From Gemmatimonadota bacterium (lineage in GTDB: Bacteria; Gemmatimonadota; Gemmatimonadetes; Gemmatimonadales; GWC2-71-9): a stretch of DNA of 28,278 bases. Location of the stretch: the NCBI GenBank assembly GCA_039591655.1, contig JBDHDE010000034.1:1-28278 (forward strand), given 5' to 3'. The position numbers were made by a program, and so were the translations under genes. Under the pieces are notes generated by a model. The model had not been told where the DNA came from. It saw only the letters and a program-made list of their open reading frames with translations, and searched no databases. Shown here piece after piece: positions 8,508-18,500 of the stretch (positions are counted from its first letter, which is position 1; every line of letters starts with the position of its first letter).

Positions 8508-9416
8508 TCACGCCCTGAACAAGTCGGCCAGCGCGCCGTCCAGCTTCGGAAACTGGAACTTGTATCCTGTTTCGAGAGCCCGTTGGGGGACGACACGCAG
8601 AGACCCCAGTAGCGAATCCGCCATCTCTCCCAGCATGAGACGCAGGGCGAACTCCGGCACCCGTAGCAGCGCCGGTCGGTTGAGCGCGGCCCCGAGGGCC
8701 TTGGCAAACTCGTTCACCGTCACCGGATTAGGCGCCGTGAGGTTCACCGGGCCCGGGATGTCGTTGTCGATGGCGAACAGTATGAGCCCGATCTGGTCCG
8801 CCAAGTGGATCCAGGACCACCACTGCTCGCCGGAGCCCCAGGGGCCCCCAAGCCCGAGCTTGAACAGCGGCACCAGCGGCGCCATGGCGCCGTCCTTGGG
8901 ATCGAGCACCAACCCCGTGCGAAGCAGTGTGACCTGGGTATGTGACTCGACCTCACGGGCCTCCGCCTCCCACTCGACGGCGAGTCTGGCGAGGAAGTCG
9001 TCACCGGGGGGCGTCGCTTCGTGGAGCACCTCGGCGCCTCGGTCGCCGTAGTAGCCGATGGCGGAGGCGCTGATGAGCGCGCGAGGAGCTGTTGCCGCGG
9101 CGCGGATCGCCGCGACGCACTGGCGGGTCGCCTCGGTACGGCTCTTGCTGATGAGCTGTTTGCGCGCTTCGGTCCACCGATGCGGTGGTTCGACGATGCG
9201 GTGTCCCGCGAGATTCACCACGAAGTCCGCTGAGGCGACCTCGTGATGCCAGTCTCCCGGTTCGGTAGGGTTGCCGCGGACTACACGAACCCGTTCGTGG
9301 TGCCAGGGGTCACGTCCCGCGCGGGACAACACAACGCAATCGTCACCCCGCGCAGCAAGCGCGCTCACGACACGTGAGCCGATGAATCCAGTGCCTCCGG
9401 TCAGAAAAACGCGCAA
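8508..9416 (-). CDS. TIGR01777 family NAD-dependent epimerase/oxidoreductase (YfcH-like)
   Basis: GGTGFIG Rossmann motif, VVNLAG, ASAIGYYG, LRTGLVL, GSGEQWWSWIH and GPVNLTAPNPV; TTG start. Confidence 0.92.
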   Translation of the reverse strand: MRVFLTGGTGFIGSRVVSALAARGDDCVVLSRAGRDPWHHERVRVVRGNPTEPGDWHHEVASADFVVNLAGHRIVEPPHRWTEARKQLISKSRTEATRQCVAAIRAAATAPRALISASAIGYYGDRGAEVLHEATPPGDDFLARLAVEWEAEAREVESHTQVTLLRTGLVLDPKDGAMAPLVPLFKLGLGGPWGSGEQWWSWIHLADQIGLILFAIDNDIPGPVNLTAPNPVTVNEFAKALGAALNRPALLRVPEFALRLMLGEMADSLLGSLRVVPQRALETGYKFQFPKLDGALADLFRA

Positions 9417-9593
9417 TCGTAAGTCCTTGAGAGTGCTGACACTACGCGAGTGCTGTAATGCCGCGACTTCCCAATGGTCGTTTCGGCCACTAGCTTGAAA
9501 GTTAGCAAACGCTAACGGAAATCACATACGCGAGGCAAGGCTACAGCATACGACGGAATGCAGTACCCAACCCGAGCTCCTATAGGAGGGGCA

Positions 9594-10781
9594 ATGAAGG
9601 TTCGCTACATCACCCGCCTATCGAAGCTCGACGGCCTCACCGAGGAAGAGCGTCGTCGATTGGAGCCCGTAGCCGAGCGCTACGTATTCCGGCTCAACGA
9701 TTACTACAGCCACCTCATCGACTGGGATGATCCCAACGATCCGCTGCGACGGCTGGTCGTGCCGCTGGAAAGCGAGCTGAACGACTGGGGGGAGCTGGAT
9801 GCGAGCAACGAGGCGAGCTACACGCCGGTGCGCGGGTGCCAGCACAAGTACACCGACACGGCGCTGCTCCTGGTGAATGAGGTCTGTGGCGCGTACTGCC
9901 GCTATTGCTTCCGCAAGCGGCTGTTCATGAACGACAACGACGACGCCACCCTAGACTACAAACCGGGTCTGCGCTATATCGCCGAGCACGAGGAGATCAC
10001 CAACGTGCTGCTTACCGGCGGTGATCCCATGATCATGTCGACGCGCCGGCTTGAGCCCGTCATCAGTGACGTCGCAGCGATCCCGCACGTGCGGATCATC
10101 CGCATCGGCAGCAAGATGGCGGCGTTCAACCCGTACCGGGTACTGGACGACCCTGATCTGTTGCGGTTGATCAGGGAGCACTGCAATACGAAGACGCAAA
10201 TCTACATCATGAACCATTTCGATCACCCCCGCGAGCTCACCCCCGAGGCGCGGGAGGCGGTCAGCCGGCTGCGGCAGGCCGGCGCGCAGACGGTCAACCA
10301 GTGCCCCATCGTGCGAGGTGTGAACGACCGACCGCAGACGTTCGCCGGACTGTTCCGCGAGTTGTCCTTCATGGGCTGCCCGCAGTACTACGTTTTTCAG
10401 GGACGCCCCGTGGCAGGGAACGAGGCGTACGAAGTGCCCATCCTCGAGGGACTCCACATCGTCATGGAAGCGAACCGGCACCTCTCAGGCCTGGCGAAGC
10501 GGGCACGGTTCGCCATGTCGCACCGCACGGGCAAGATCGAGATCCTTGGCGCCGACGACCGGCACCTCTTCATGCGCTACCACCGGGCGCACAAGAAGGA
10601 AGACTACGGGCAGATCATCGTGGCGAAGCGGGACGATCGGGCGTACTGGCTCGACCAGCTAACGGTGATCTCGGGTCCCGAGTCGGCGGTGCAGTCGGCG
10701 GCCCATTATGCGCCGTACGACTGGCAGGACGAGGCCGCGGAGCGGCGACTGGATCGTGAGGTGCGTTGGCGGAGACGGTAG
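9594..10781 (+). CDS. KamA-family radical SAM/PLP aminomutase-like protein, substrate uncertain
   Basis: AGGAGG SD before ATG 9594; NDPLRRLVVP, HKY, CGAYCRYCFR (CxxxCxxC), LLTGGDP, NHFDHPREL, NQCPIVRGVND and a GK motif at the PLP-lysine position. Confidence 0.9.
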   Translation: MKVRYITRLSKLDGLTEEERRRLEPVAERYVFRLNDYYSHLIDWDDPNDPLRRLVVPLESELNDWGELDASNEASYTPVRGCQHKYTDTALLLVNEVCGAYCRYCFRKRLFMNDNDDATLDYKPGLRYIAEHEEITNVLLTGGDPMIMSTRRLEPVISDVAAIPHVRIIRIGSKMAAFNPYRVLDDPDLLRLIREHCNTKTQIYIMNHFDHPRELTPEAREAVSRLRQAGAQTVNQCPIVRGVNDRPQTFAGLFRELSFMGCPQYYVFQGRPVAGNEAYEVPILEGLHIVMEANRHLSGLAKRARFAMSHRTGKIEILGADDRHLFMRYHRAHKKEDYGQIIVAKRDDRAYWLDQLTVISGPESAVQSAAHYAPYDWQDEAAERRLDREVRWRRR

Positions 10782-10807
10782 CGCGCTGGCGCGTAGTGAG
10801 GCTGTCG

Positions 10808-10835
10808 CATCGGCCGCGGTTCGCCGCGGCCGATG
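10808..10835. terminator. Hairpin between convergent genes, probable terminator
   Basis: 12-bp perfect stem CATCGGCCGCGG-ttcg-CCGCGGCCGATG. Confidence 0.65.
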
Positions 10836-10886
10836 GCGTTTCAGCGAGTGGTGTGGTCGGAGCGGGGAGCTCCGGCCCACGGAGCG

Positions 10887-13082
10887 TTAGGAATCGGGGT
10901 CGGCACTCACCTGCACCCGCGCATCGATGGCCACGGCTCCCTGCTCCAGCGAGATGAGCGGGTTGATGTCCATCTCCTCGATGCGCGGATGACGTTGCGC
11001 GAGTTGGGAGATGCGGAGGATCGCGTCGGCGAGCGCTCCTAGATCGCGAGGCGACTGCCCCCGCACGCCTTCGAGGAGCTGATACAACTTCACGTCGTGG
11101 ATCATCTCTTCGGCGTCCACATCATGCAGCGGGCTGAGGCGCAGCACGACGTCTCGCAGGGCCTCGACGTAAATGCCGCCCATGCCAAACATCACCAGCG
11201 GTCCCACGCGGGGCACCCGCGTGAGCCCCACGATCGTCTCGAGCCCGCCACCCGCCATCTGCTGGACGAATATCCCTTCGATACGAGGCGCAGGCTCCGC
11301 GGGCTTGGTGGTGGCCTTGCCCTTCTTCTTCCGCGCCGTCTTGCTGCTCGCCCCCTCGTTCCCGGTCGTGACCCGTTTGACCATATCGCGCACCGCGCGC
11401 TCGACCTCCGTCTTGCTATCCAATCCAAGGGCCACCCCGCCCACATCGGTCTTATGGGTGATGTCCGGTGAGACGACCTTGAGGGCTACGGGGAAGTCGA
11501 GATCGACGGCGGCCTCGGCGGCGGAGGTGGCCAGCGCTCCCGGACCGTCCTTCGACACGAAACGCCACGGCAGTACCGGAATCCCGTACGCCTCCAGGAC
11601 GCGCATCGCATCGGGTTCGCTCAGCTTGGCGTGACCCTGTTCGAGGGTCTGGTCCACGATGCGTTCCACGGCGGCGTCGTCGGTCTTGAACTTCATTACC
11701 TGGCCCGCCCGGCGGTTCTGGATGCGGCGGTAGCGCCACATGGCCCCCAGGGCGCGCGCCGCCGACTCGGGAAAGATGTACGCCGGGATGCTGGCGTCGT
11801 GCAGCTCGGCCAGTCCGGCCGGCAGGCCCTCGCGTCCCATCAGCACGGCGAGCAGCGGCTTTTCGGGATGCCGCTCGTTGACGCGCACGATAGCCGCGGC
11901 TACGTCCCGCGTCTGGATACCTAGCGGAGGGACAAAGGCCGCGATCGCTGCGTCCACGTTGGGGTCGTCGAATACGCATTGCAGCGCGAACTCGTAGTTC
12001 TCGGCGCTCGCGCTCGCGATCAGATCCACCGGGTTCTTGACGCTCGCCTCCTCCGGCAGACGCGTGCGCAGGAGATCCTCCGTCTCGGGCGCGAGGTGCA
12101 CCACACTGAGCCCGTTGGCCTCGCAGGCGTCGGCCGCCATGATGCCCGGGCCACCCGCGTTGGTCACGATGGCCACCCGATTGCCGGAGGGCAGCGGCTG
12201 GTTGGCGAACGACATCGCCAGGTCGAACAGATCCTCGACGGTCTCGGCGCGCAGGGCGCCAGCCTGCGCGATGAGCGCGTTGGTGGCCAGTTCCGTGCCC
12301 CCCAGGGCGCCGGTGTGCGAGGCAGCCGCGCGAGCCCCGGCGCCGGTGCGACCCGATTTCACCACGCAGATTGGCTTGTGCCTGGTCATCTCGCGGCCGA
12401 TCTCGACGAACTTCCGGGGGTTGCCGAAGCTCTCGAGGTACATCAGCACGACCTGCGTGTTGGGGTCGTCGCGCCAGTACTCGAGGACGTCGTTACCGCT
12501 CACGTCGGCCTTGTTCCCGCTGGAGACGAACATTGAGATGCCGATGTTGAGACTCTCGGCGTAGTCGAGGATGCTGGCGCCCATCGCACCTGACTGGCTC
12601 ACGAACCCCACGGGGCCCACGGGCGGCCGCGCAGGCGCGAAGGTGGCGTTCATCGCGAACGCGGGGTCGTTGTTGATCACCCCGAGGCAGTTGGGGCCCA
12701 CCATGGGCACGCCCGCTTGCTTCACGATCTCGAGCAGCTCCCGTTCGCGCTCGACGCCCTCGCCGCCGACCTCCCTAAAGCCCGCTGAGATCACGACGAG
12801 CCCCTTCACGCCTCTGTCGACGCACTGCTGGGTGACCTCCGCGACGTACGCGCCCGGCACGACGATTACCGCCAGGTCCACCGACTCTGGCACCTCGGCG
12901 ATCGAGGGATAGGCCGGCATCGAGTGGATGGCGGAGGCCTTCGGATTGACTGGGTACACCGGGCCGGTGAAGCCGACACGGAGCAGGTTGTCCAGGATCT
13001 GCCAGCCGATCGTGTGCTTCTGGCGTGAAGCGCCGATGACGGCGATGGAGCGGGGTCGGAGGATGGGGTCGAGGCTCGGCAT
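10887..13082 (-). CDS. ADP-forming acetate/acyl-CoA ligase family protein (fused alpha-beta subunits)
   Basis: CoA-binding PRSIAVIGAS, GPNCLG, SQSGA, GNKADV, phospho-His motif ASHTG, TNAGGPG, NPVDL and ATP-grasp HKTDVGGV...EMDINPL. There is no GNAT domain. Confidence 0.93.
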   Translation of the reverse strand: MPSLDPILRPRSIAVIGASRQKHTIGWQILDNLLRVGFTGPVYPVNPKASAIHSMPAYPSIAEVPESVDLAVIVVPGAYVAEVTQQCVDRGVKGLVVISAGFREVGGEGVERERELLEIVKQAGVPMVGPNCLGVINNDPAFAMNATFAPARPPVGPVGFVSQSGAMGASILDYAESLNIGISMFVSSGNKADVSGNDVLEYWRDDPNTQVVLMYLESFGNPRKFVEIGREMTRHKPICVVKSGRTGAGARAAASHTGALGGTELATNALIAQAGALRAETVEDLFDLAMSFANQPLPSGNRVAIVTNAGGPGIMAADACEANGLSVVHLAPETEDLLRTRLPEEASVKNPVDLIASASAENYEFALQCVFDDPNVDAAIAAFVPPLGIQTRDVAAAIVRVNERHPEKPLLAVLMGREGLPAGLAELHDASIPAYIFPESAARALGAMWRYRRIQNRRAGQVMKFKTDDAAVERIVDQTLEQGHAKLSEPDAMRVLEAYGIPVLPWRFVSKDGPGALATSAAEAAVDLDFPVALKVVSPDITHKTDVGGVALGLDSKTEVERAVRDMVKRVTTGNEGASSKTARKKKGKATTKPAEPAPRIEGIFVQQMAGGGLETIVGLTRVPRVGPLVMFGMGGIYVEALRDVVLRLSPLHDVDAEEMIHDVKLYQLLEGVRGQSPRDLGALADAILRISQLAQRHPRIEEMDINPLISLEQGAVAIDARVQVSADPDS

Positions 13083-13208
13083 GGGACTAAGATAATCGGT
13101 CGCCTCGCTTCAACTGACGTTCGCTCCGGCAGCCCCCTCCCGCTCGCTCCCACCCGTTTGTCGCGGAAAGCCTGGACATCCGTCCAGCGATTCGGGAATA
13201 TTGGGGCA

Positions 13209-13727
13209 ATGCTCCCCCTCCTCAAACTCCTACAGTCCATGGTCCGGGCGCTCCACTCCGAGGGGACGCCCGAGCAGGTGGCGGCGGGAATCGCGCTGGG
13301 CGCGGCCCTGGGCCTCACCCCCCTGATGAGCCTCCACAACCTGCTCGTCGTGGCGGCCATCGCATTGCTCAGGGTGTCGGTGCCAGGGGCGATCCTCGGC
13401 TGGCTGGCGGCGATCCCCGCAGGCTTCCTGCTCGACCCGCTGTTCGATACGGTGGGGGGCGCCCTCCTGCTTGACGCGCGCCCCTTGGAGCCCGCCTGGA
13501 CCGGGGCGTACAACACTCCGGTGGTGTCCCTGGCCCACTTCAACAACTCCGTCGTGTTGGGGAGCCTGGTGGGCTGGATGGTGCTGGCTGCCCCCATTTA
13601 CCTCGCCGCGCGCTGGGGAGTGTCGCGCTATCGGGCGACAGTGCACCCCCGGGTGGTGCAATGGAGGGTGGTCAAGACGGTGCGGGCCTCGAAGCTGTAC
13701 AACCTCTACCGGTTGTTCCGGCCCTGA
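13209..13727 (+). CDS. TIGR03546 family (DUF2062-like) membrane protein
   Basis: LHSEGTPEQVAAGIALG, HNLL, DPLFDTVG and YNTP...FNNSVVLGSL motifs; hydrophobic; paired with the downstream gene. Confidence 0.85.
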   Translation: MLPLLKLLQSMVRALHSEGTPEQVAAGIALGAALGLTPLMSLHNLLVVAAIALLRVSVPGAILGWLAAIPAGFLLDPLFDTVGGALLLDARPLEPAWTGAYNTPVVSLAHFNNSVVLGSLVGWMVLAAPIYLAARWGVSRYRATVHPRVVQWRVVKTVRASKLYNLYRLFRP

Positions 13728-15583
13728 TGGCGCGCCGTAGGGTCTTCCGCTGGCGGGCCATCGTGCCACTGCTGGTCTTCCTCACGCTGCTGGTGCTTGT
13801 CTGGTTGCTGCTGCTCGATCGCCTGGCGGAGCGGGGCATCGAGGCGGCGGCGACCCACCTGGTAGGGGCGCGGGTGGACCTGGCGGAGGCCGATGTGAGG
13901 CTGCGGCAGGGAGCCGTGATACTCCGCGGCCTCGAGGTGACGAACCCCGACGAGCCAATGACCAACCTGTTCGAGGCCGAGGAGATCGTCGCAGACCTGC
14001 GGGTGCTGCCGCTCCTCGAGCAGAAGTTGGCCCTCGACACGGTCGCCGTGAGGGGACTCGAGTTCGGCACCGAGCGCGAGACCTCCGGGGCAGTGGTGGA
14101 GCGGAGCCCCGAGAGCGCCAGGGTGGCGAGGCAGGTCTCGGCCTGGGCCGACGCTTTGCGCTTCCCGTCGTTCAGCCTCGAGGGGCTGGGGCAGGCGGTC
14201 GATGTTGGGGCGCTGAGTCCGGAGAGCCTCCAGGCGGTCGCCCGCGCCGAGGCGCTCGTGGAGCAGGTGGATGCGGTGCGCTCGGGTTGGGACCGGACCC
14301 TGCGGTCTCTCGATCCGCAACCGACGATCGACTCCGCTCGCGCGCTGGTGACGCAACTGCGGCAGGCCGACCTGGGCCGACTGGGACCTGTGGGCGTCGC
14401 CCGTCTGGTGAGCTCCACCCGCACGACGATCAACTCGGTGGGCGAGCTACAGCAGCGTGTGGAATCCCTCGACGACATGGCCCGCTCCGATGTGGCGGAG
14501 CTGCAGGGCGCCCTGCGAGGCCTCTCGGCGGCGCGGGAAGCCGATTACGCATACGCACGGAGCCTGCTCCAGCTTCCCTCCCTGGAGGCGCCGGACATCT
14601 CCCCGGCGCTGTTCGGCGAAGCGGCCGTGGGGTGGATCAAGCCCGTGCTCTACTGGCTCGGAATGGCGGAGCAGTTCCTACCACCCGGCCTCCAGCCCAG
14701 GAGGTTCGCCCCGTCCGGACGCACCCGCCGGGCCGGAACCACCGTGACGTTCCCCAAGGAGGGCGAGCGCCCTGGTTTCCTGTTGGAGCACGGGGAGGCC
14801 TCTCTCGAGCTGGGCGGCGAGGGAATCGAAGCCGGACGCTACCTGGCTGTGGTCAGTGGCCTCACGTCGGCGCCTTCCCTCTACGGCAAGCCCCTCCGGT
14901 TCTTGATCGAGCGCACCGGTGCGGCGGTGGGACCCGGCGACATCGGGGTCGACGTGTTGCTGGATCACGTCACGACGCCGGTACGGGACTCGGTCCAGGC
15001 GCGCCTGGGCGGCATCGAGCTGTCGGCCCTCGAGCTGCCATCGCTGGGAGCCAGGCTGCTCCCGGGCCAGGGTACGATGAGCCTCTCCCTCGAGCGTGTG
15101 GGAGACGCCCTTGCCGGGCGGTGGGTGTGGCGCTCGGCGCGTGTCACATGGGAGAGGATGGGAAGTGGGAGCGGGGAAGGGGAAAGGGAGGCGGCGCAGG
15201 TCGGGAGCGGTGCATGGGCCGAGGACTTTCTCTGGCGTACGGTCTCCGCCATCCGGGACGTCGAGGTGGCCGTGGAGCTCTCCGGCACGGTGGACGGCCC
15301 CTCGCTGGCGGTGCGCTCCAACGTGGGCGATGCGGTGGCGCAGAGCCTGCGCCGCGAGCTGGGGCGCGAGATCGCGCGGGCCGAGGAGCGAGTGCGGGCA
15401 CAGGTGGATGCCCTGGTGGGGGACGGGGTGGCGCGGGCCCGCGCCGGCGTCCGAGAGCTGCAAGGCACGTTGCTGGAGGACATCGGCGGCCCGTTGGGCG
15501 CCCTGGAAGGCGTGCGGCAAGAGCTCGAGCGCGAGGTGGAGCGGCTCGGCCGCCGACTCCCCGGCGGCATCCGGATTCCTTAG
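13727..15583 (+). CDS. TIGR03545 family protein (N-terminal anchor, AsmA-like start)
   Basis: The ATG overlaps the upstream TGA (TGATG). N-terminal TM helix, then VGARVDL...LRGLEVTNPDEPMTNLF and FGTERETSGA, coiled-coil segments and a C-terminal L.VRSNVG motif. Confidence 0.8.
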   Translation: MARRRVFRWRAIVPLLVFLTLLVLVWLLLLDRLAERGIEAAATHLVGARVDLAEADVRLRQGAVILRGLEVTNPDEPMTNLFEAEEIVADLRVLPLLEQKLALDTVAVRGLEFGTERETSGAVVERSPESARVARQVSAWADALRFPSFSLEGLGQAVDVGALSPESLQAVARAEALVEQVDAVRSGWDRTLRSLDPQPTIDSARALVTQLRQADLGRLGPVGVARLVSSTRTTINSVGELQQRVESLDDMARSDVAELQGALRGLSAAREADYAYARSLLQLPSLEAPDISPALFGEAAVGWIKPVLYWLGMAEQFLPPGLQPRRFAPSGRTRRAGTTVTFPKEGERPGFLLEHGEASLELGGEGIEAGRYLAVVSGLTSAPSLYGKPLRFLIERTGAAVGPGDIGVDVLLDHVTTPVRDSVQARLGGIELSALELPSLGARLLPGQGTMSLSLERVGDALAGRWVWRSARVTWERMGSGSGEGEREAAQVGSGAWAEDFLWRTVSAIRDVEVAVELSGTVDGPSLAVRSNVGDAVAQSLRRELGREIARAEERVRAQVDALVGDGVARARAGVRELQGTLLEDIGGPLGALEGVRQELEREVERLGRRLPGGIRIP

Positions 15584-15589
15584 CTTGGG

Positions 15590-18500
15590 ATGGATGAGGA
15601 CCGACCCGACCAGATGACCACCATCCCCGACCTGCAGGATCTCTCCGGGCTTTCCCCGGAGGAGGTGACGGCCCGCGTCGCCGGCGCTCTCGAGGAGGCG
15701 GCGCGCGCGCCCACCTCGGAGGAGTCGCTCCGGCTCGACCGCGCGACGGTGCAGGCACTTCGCGCCTCGCGGCACGTGAGGAGGGTGGTGGAGCACCTCG
15801 AGCCGCGCCACTTGGCGGACCTGCTGGAGCGCTGCGTGGCGCGACTCGAGGCGGGGGGTGAGTCGCGGGATAGCGACCTGCGGGTGCTGACATGGGACAC
15901 CCTGGACCTGGTGCGCCGTCGCGAGGTGCTGCGCCGCATCGAGCGGGCAGCGGTTCCCGAATGGGCGGACCGCCTCCTGCGGGCGGTGGATTCCTCGGAC
16001 CTGACGGTGGGACCTCTGTTTCGGCAGCGCGCAGCGACCTACGGGGCCAAGATCCTGTTCGAGATCCCCGAGGCCGGGGGAAGCCGCCGAATCACATGGG
16101 AGCAGGCGGCACGGCAGGTGGATACGCTGGCCAGGGGCCTGCTGGCCCTCGACGGTCCGGAGCGCACGGCCCCCGTCGCCATCCTGTCCGAGAACCGCAT
16201 CGAGATGGCGCTCCTGGATCTGGCGTGTCTCACGTCGGGGATTCAGAACGCGATGGTGCCGGCCAACTCCACGGAGGCGGACGTGGGCTACATCCTGCGT
16301 CATGCCGCGGTGGGAACGGTCGTCGTGTCGGATCGGAGGCAGCTCCACAAGGTGCAGAAGAACCACGGGGAGTTGCCCGACCTCAGACGCATCGTGGTGA
16401 TGGAGGCGCTGGAGGCGCCCGGGCCCGATGTGATGACACTGGAGGACGTCGCTGCCGGGGCCGCGCAGGTATCTAGCGAGACGGTGCGGCAGCGGTCGGA
16501 GGCGGTGCGGGTGGGCGACCTGGCGACGCTCATGTACACCTCCGGCACCACCGGGATGCCCAAGGGCATCGCCTTCTCACAGCGCAACCTCGTGTTCAAG
16601 CGGTTCGCCCGGGCCCTCGCCCTGCCGGAGCTTGGCGAGGGGGATGTCTTCCTCTCGTACCTCCCGCTGTTCCACACCTTCGGCCGGTACTTGGAGATGC
16701 TGGGATGCGTCTTCTGGGGCGCGAAGTACTGCTTCTTGCTGAACCCGTCGGTCGAGGCGCTGGTGGAAGGCATGCGGCGCTACCGGCCCTCGGTCTTCAT
16801 CAGCGTGCCGCGCAAATGGATGCAGCTGTACGAGGCCGTCGGGCAGCGGGCCGACCCTCTACAGGCGAGCGATGAGGAGCTGCTGGCGGTCACCCGGGAC
16901 CTGACGGGCGGACGGCTACGCTGGGGCCTGTCGGCTGCCGGGTACCTGGATCCCGAGATCTTTCGGTTCTTCTACCGACAGGGGGTACAGCTCCTCAGCG
17001 GCTTCGGCATGAGTGAGGCCACTGGCGGGGTCACAATGACGCCGCCGCACGGGTACAAGGACAACTCCCTCGGCGTGGCCCTGCCGGGCATCGACATCGA
17101 GCTCGCCGACGACGGGGAGCTGCTGCTCCGTGGACCGTACGTGATGCTGGGATACCACGATCCGCCCGATGGGGAGCCGTCCTTCGACGAGGACGGCTGG
17201 CTGCATAGCGGCGACCTGATGCGAATGGACGAGGACGGACACATCCAGTTGGTGGATCGCAAAAAGGAGATCTACAAGAACATCAAGGGGCAGACGATCG
17301 CCCCTCAGCGGATCGAGAACCTGTTCCGAGAGTTCGAGTCGGTGGGGCGGGCGTTCCTGGTGGGCGACCACCGGGAGTACAACACGCTCCTCGTGTATCC
17401 CAACCCGGACTACAAAGACCAGGACTTCGCAACCATGTCGCCCCAGGAGGTTTGGGACCATTTTCGGTCCCTCGTCACGTCGGTCAACAAGTTCGTGGCG
17501 CCGTTCGAGCGCATCGTGGACTTCGCCGTCATCGATCGCGACCTGGATGACGACCGCGGTGAGCTCACCCCCAAGGGCACGCCGCGCCGCAAGGTGGTCG
17601 TCGAGAACTTTGCCGACGTCATCTCCTCGCTGTACCGCCGGACCCACGCGACCGTGGGTGGCGTGGAGCTGACGCTCCCCAACTGGCTGTTCCAGATCCT
17701 GGGACTCACCGCCCAGGACGCCGCCATCGACCGGGACCGGATCACGCTGCCCATCGGGCCGACTCTCACGGTGCGGCGTCTGGAAGGGTCGCGGGTGCGC
17801 GTCGGCTCGTGCACGTACACCATTCCCGGGGAGACGCTCGACCTGGGCGCCATCCTGGCCACGCCGCGTCTCTGGCTCGGAAACGACGAGCTCGTCGACT
17901 TCGCCCCCCTCGACATGGGTGCGCGCCAGCGACCGGGGCGGTCGCAGGCCGGGATCGAGTGGGCCGGACGCGCGGAGCCGTATGCGCCCACCGCCGACGA
18001 CGGAGAGCACCTCAACGAGGCGCTGCGGCACAGCGAGTGGGATCTGCTCGATCTCCACCGGACCGCCAGGTTGCTCGCCTCCACGGAGGAGGATGCGGCG
18101 CTGAGCGCCGTGCGGCTCCTGGAGCGCGTCATTGGCTCAGAGGACGGTCCCCTCATCGACCCCGCGCGCCACCTCCTGGCCCGGGGTGCCCGGGTCGAGT
18201 CGGCGGAGGTGCGGCGCCGTGCTTTCCTCACGCTGGTTCCGAGCGAGCGGGCCTCGCGCTTCGCCGCCACACTGAAGCGGTTCTTCGCCAGCGATCCGCT
18301 GCTCCTGGACACCGAGACGTCGGAGCTGCTGTGCGAGCGCAGTCTACCCGACGCGAAGCTCGAGGCGTTCATCGGGCTGGCGGAGAGCGCCTGCTCGAAC
18401 GGCGCCGGTGGCAATCAGGCCGACCAGCTCGCTCTCTCACTGTTGAGCTTCCTGGCCGAGTATGGAGCGGCCCATCCCATACGCTACCGGCGGATCCGAG

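Noticed and set aside
9431..9455. CIRCE element suggested by two GAGTGCTG copies
   Set aside because: They are direct repeats of one half-site, not the TTAGCACTC-N9-GAGTGCTAA inverted repeat, and no chaperone gene is adjacent.
10887..13082. Pat/PatZ-type protein acetyltransferase
   Set aside because: It has no GNAT domain, and both phospho-His motifs (ASHTG and HKTD) are intact, which indicates an active ligase.
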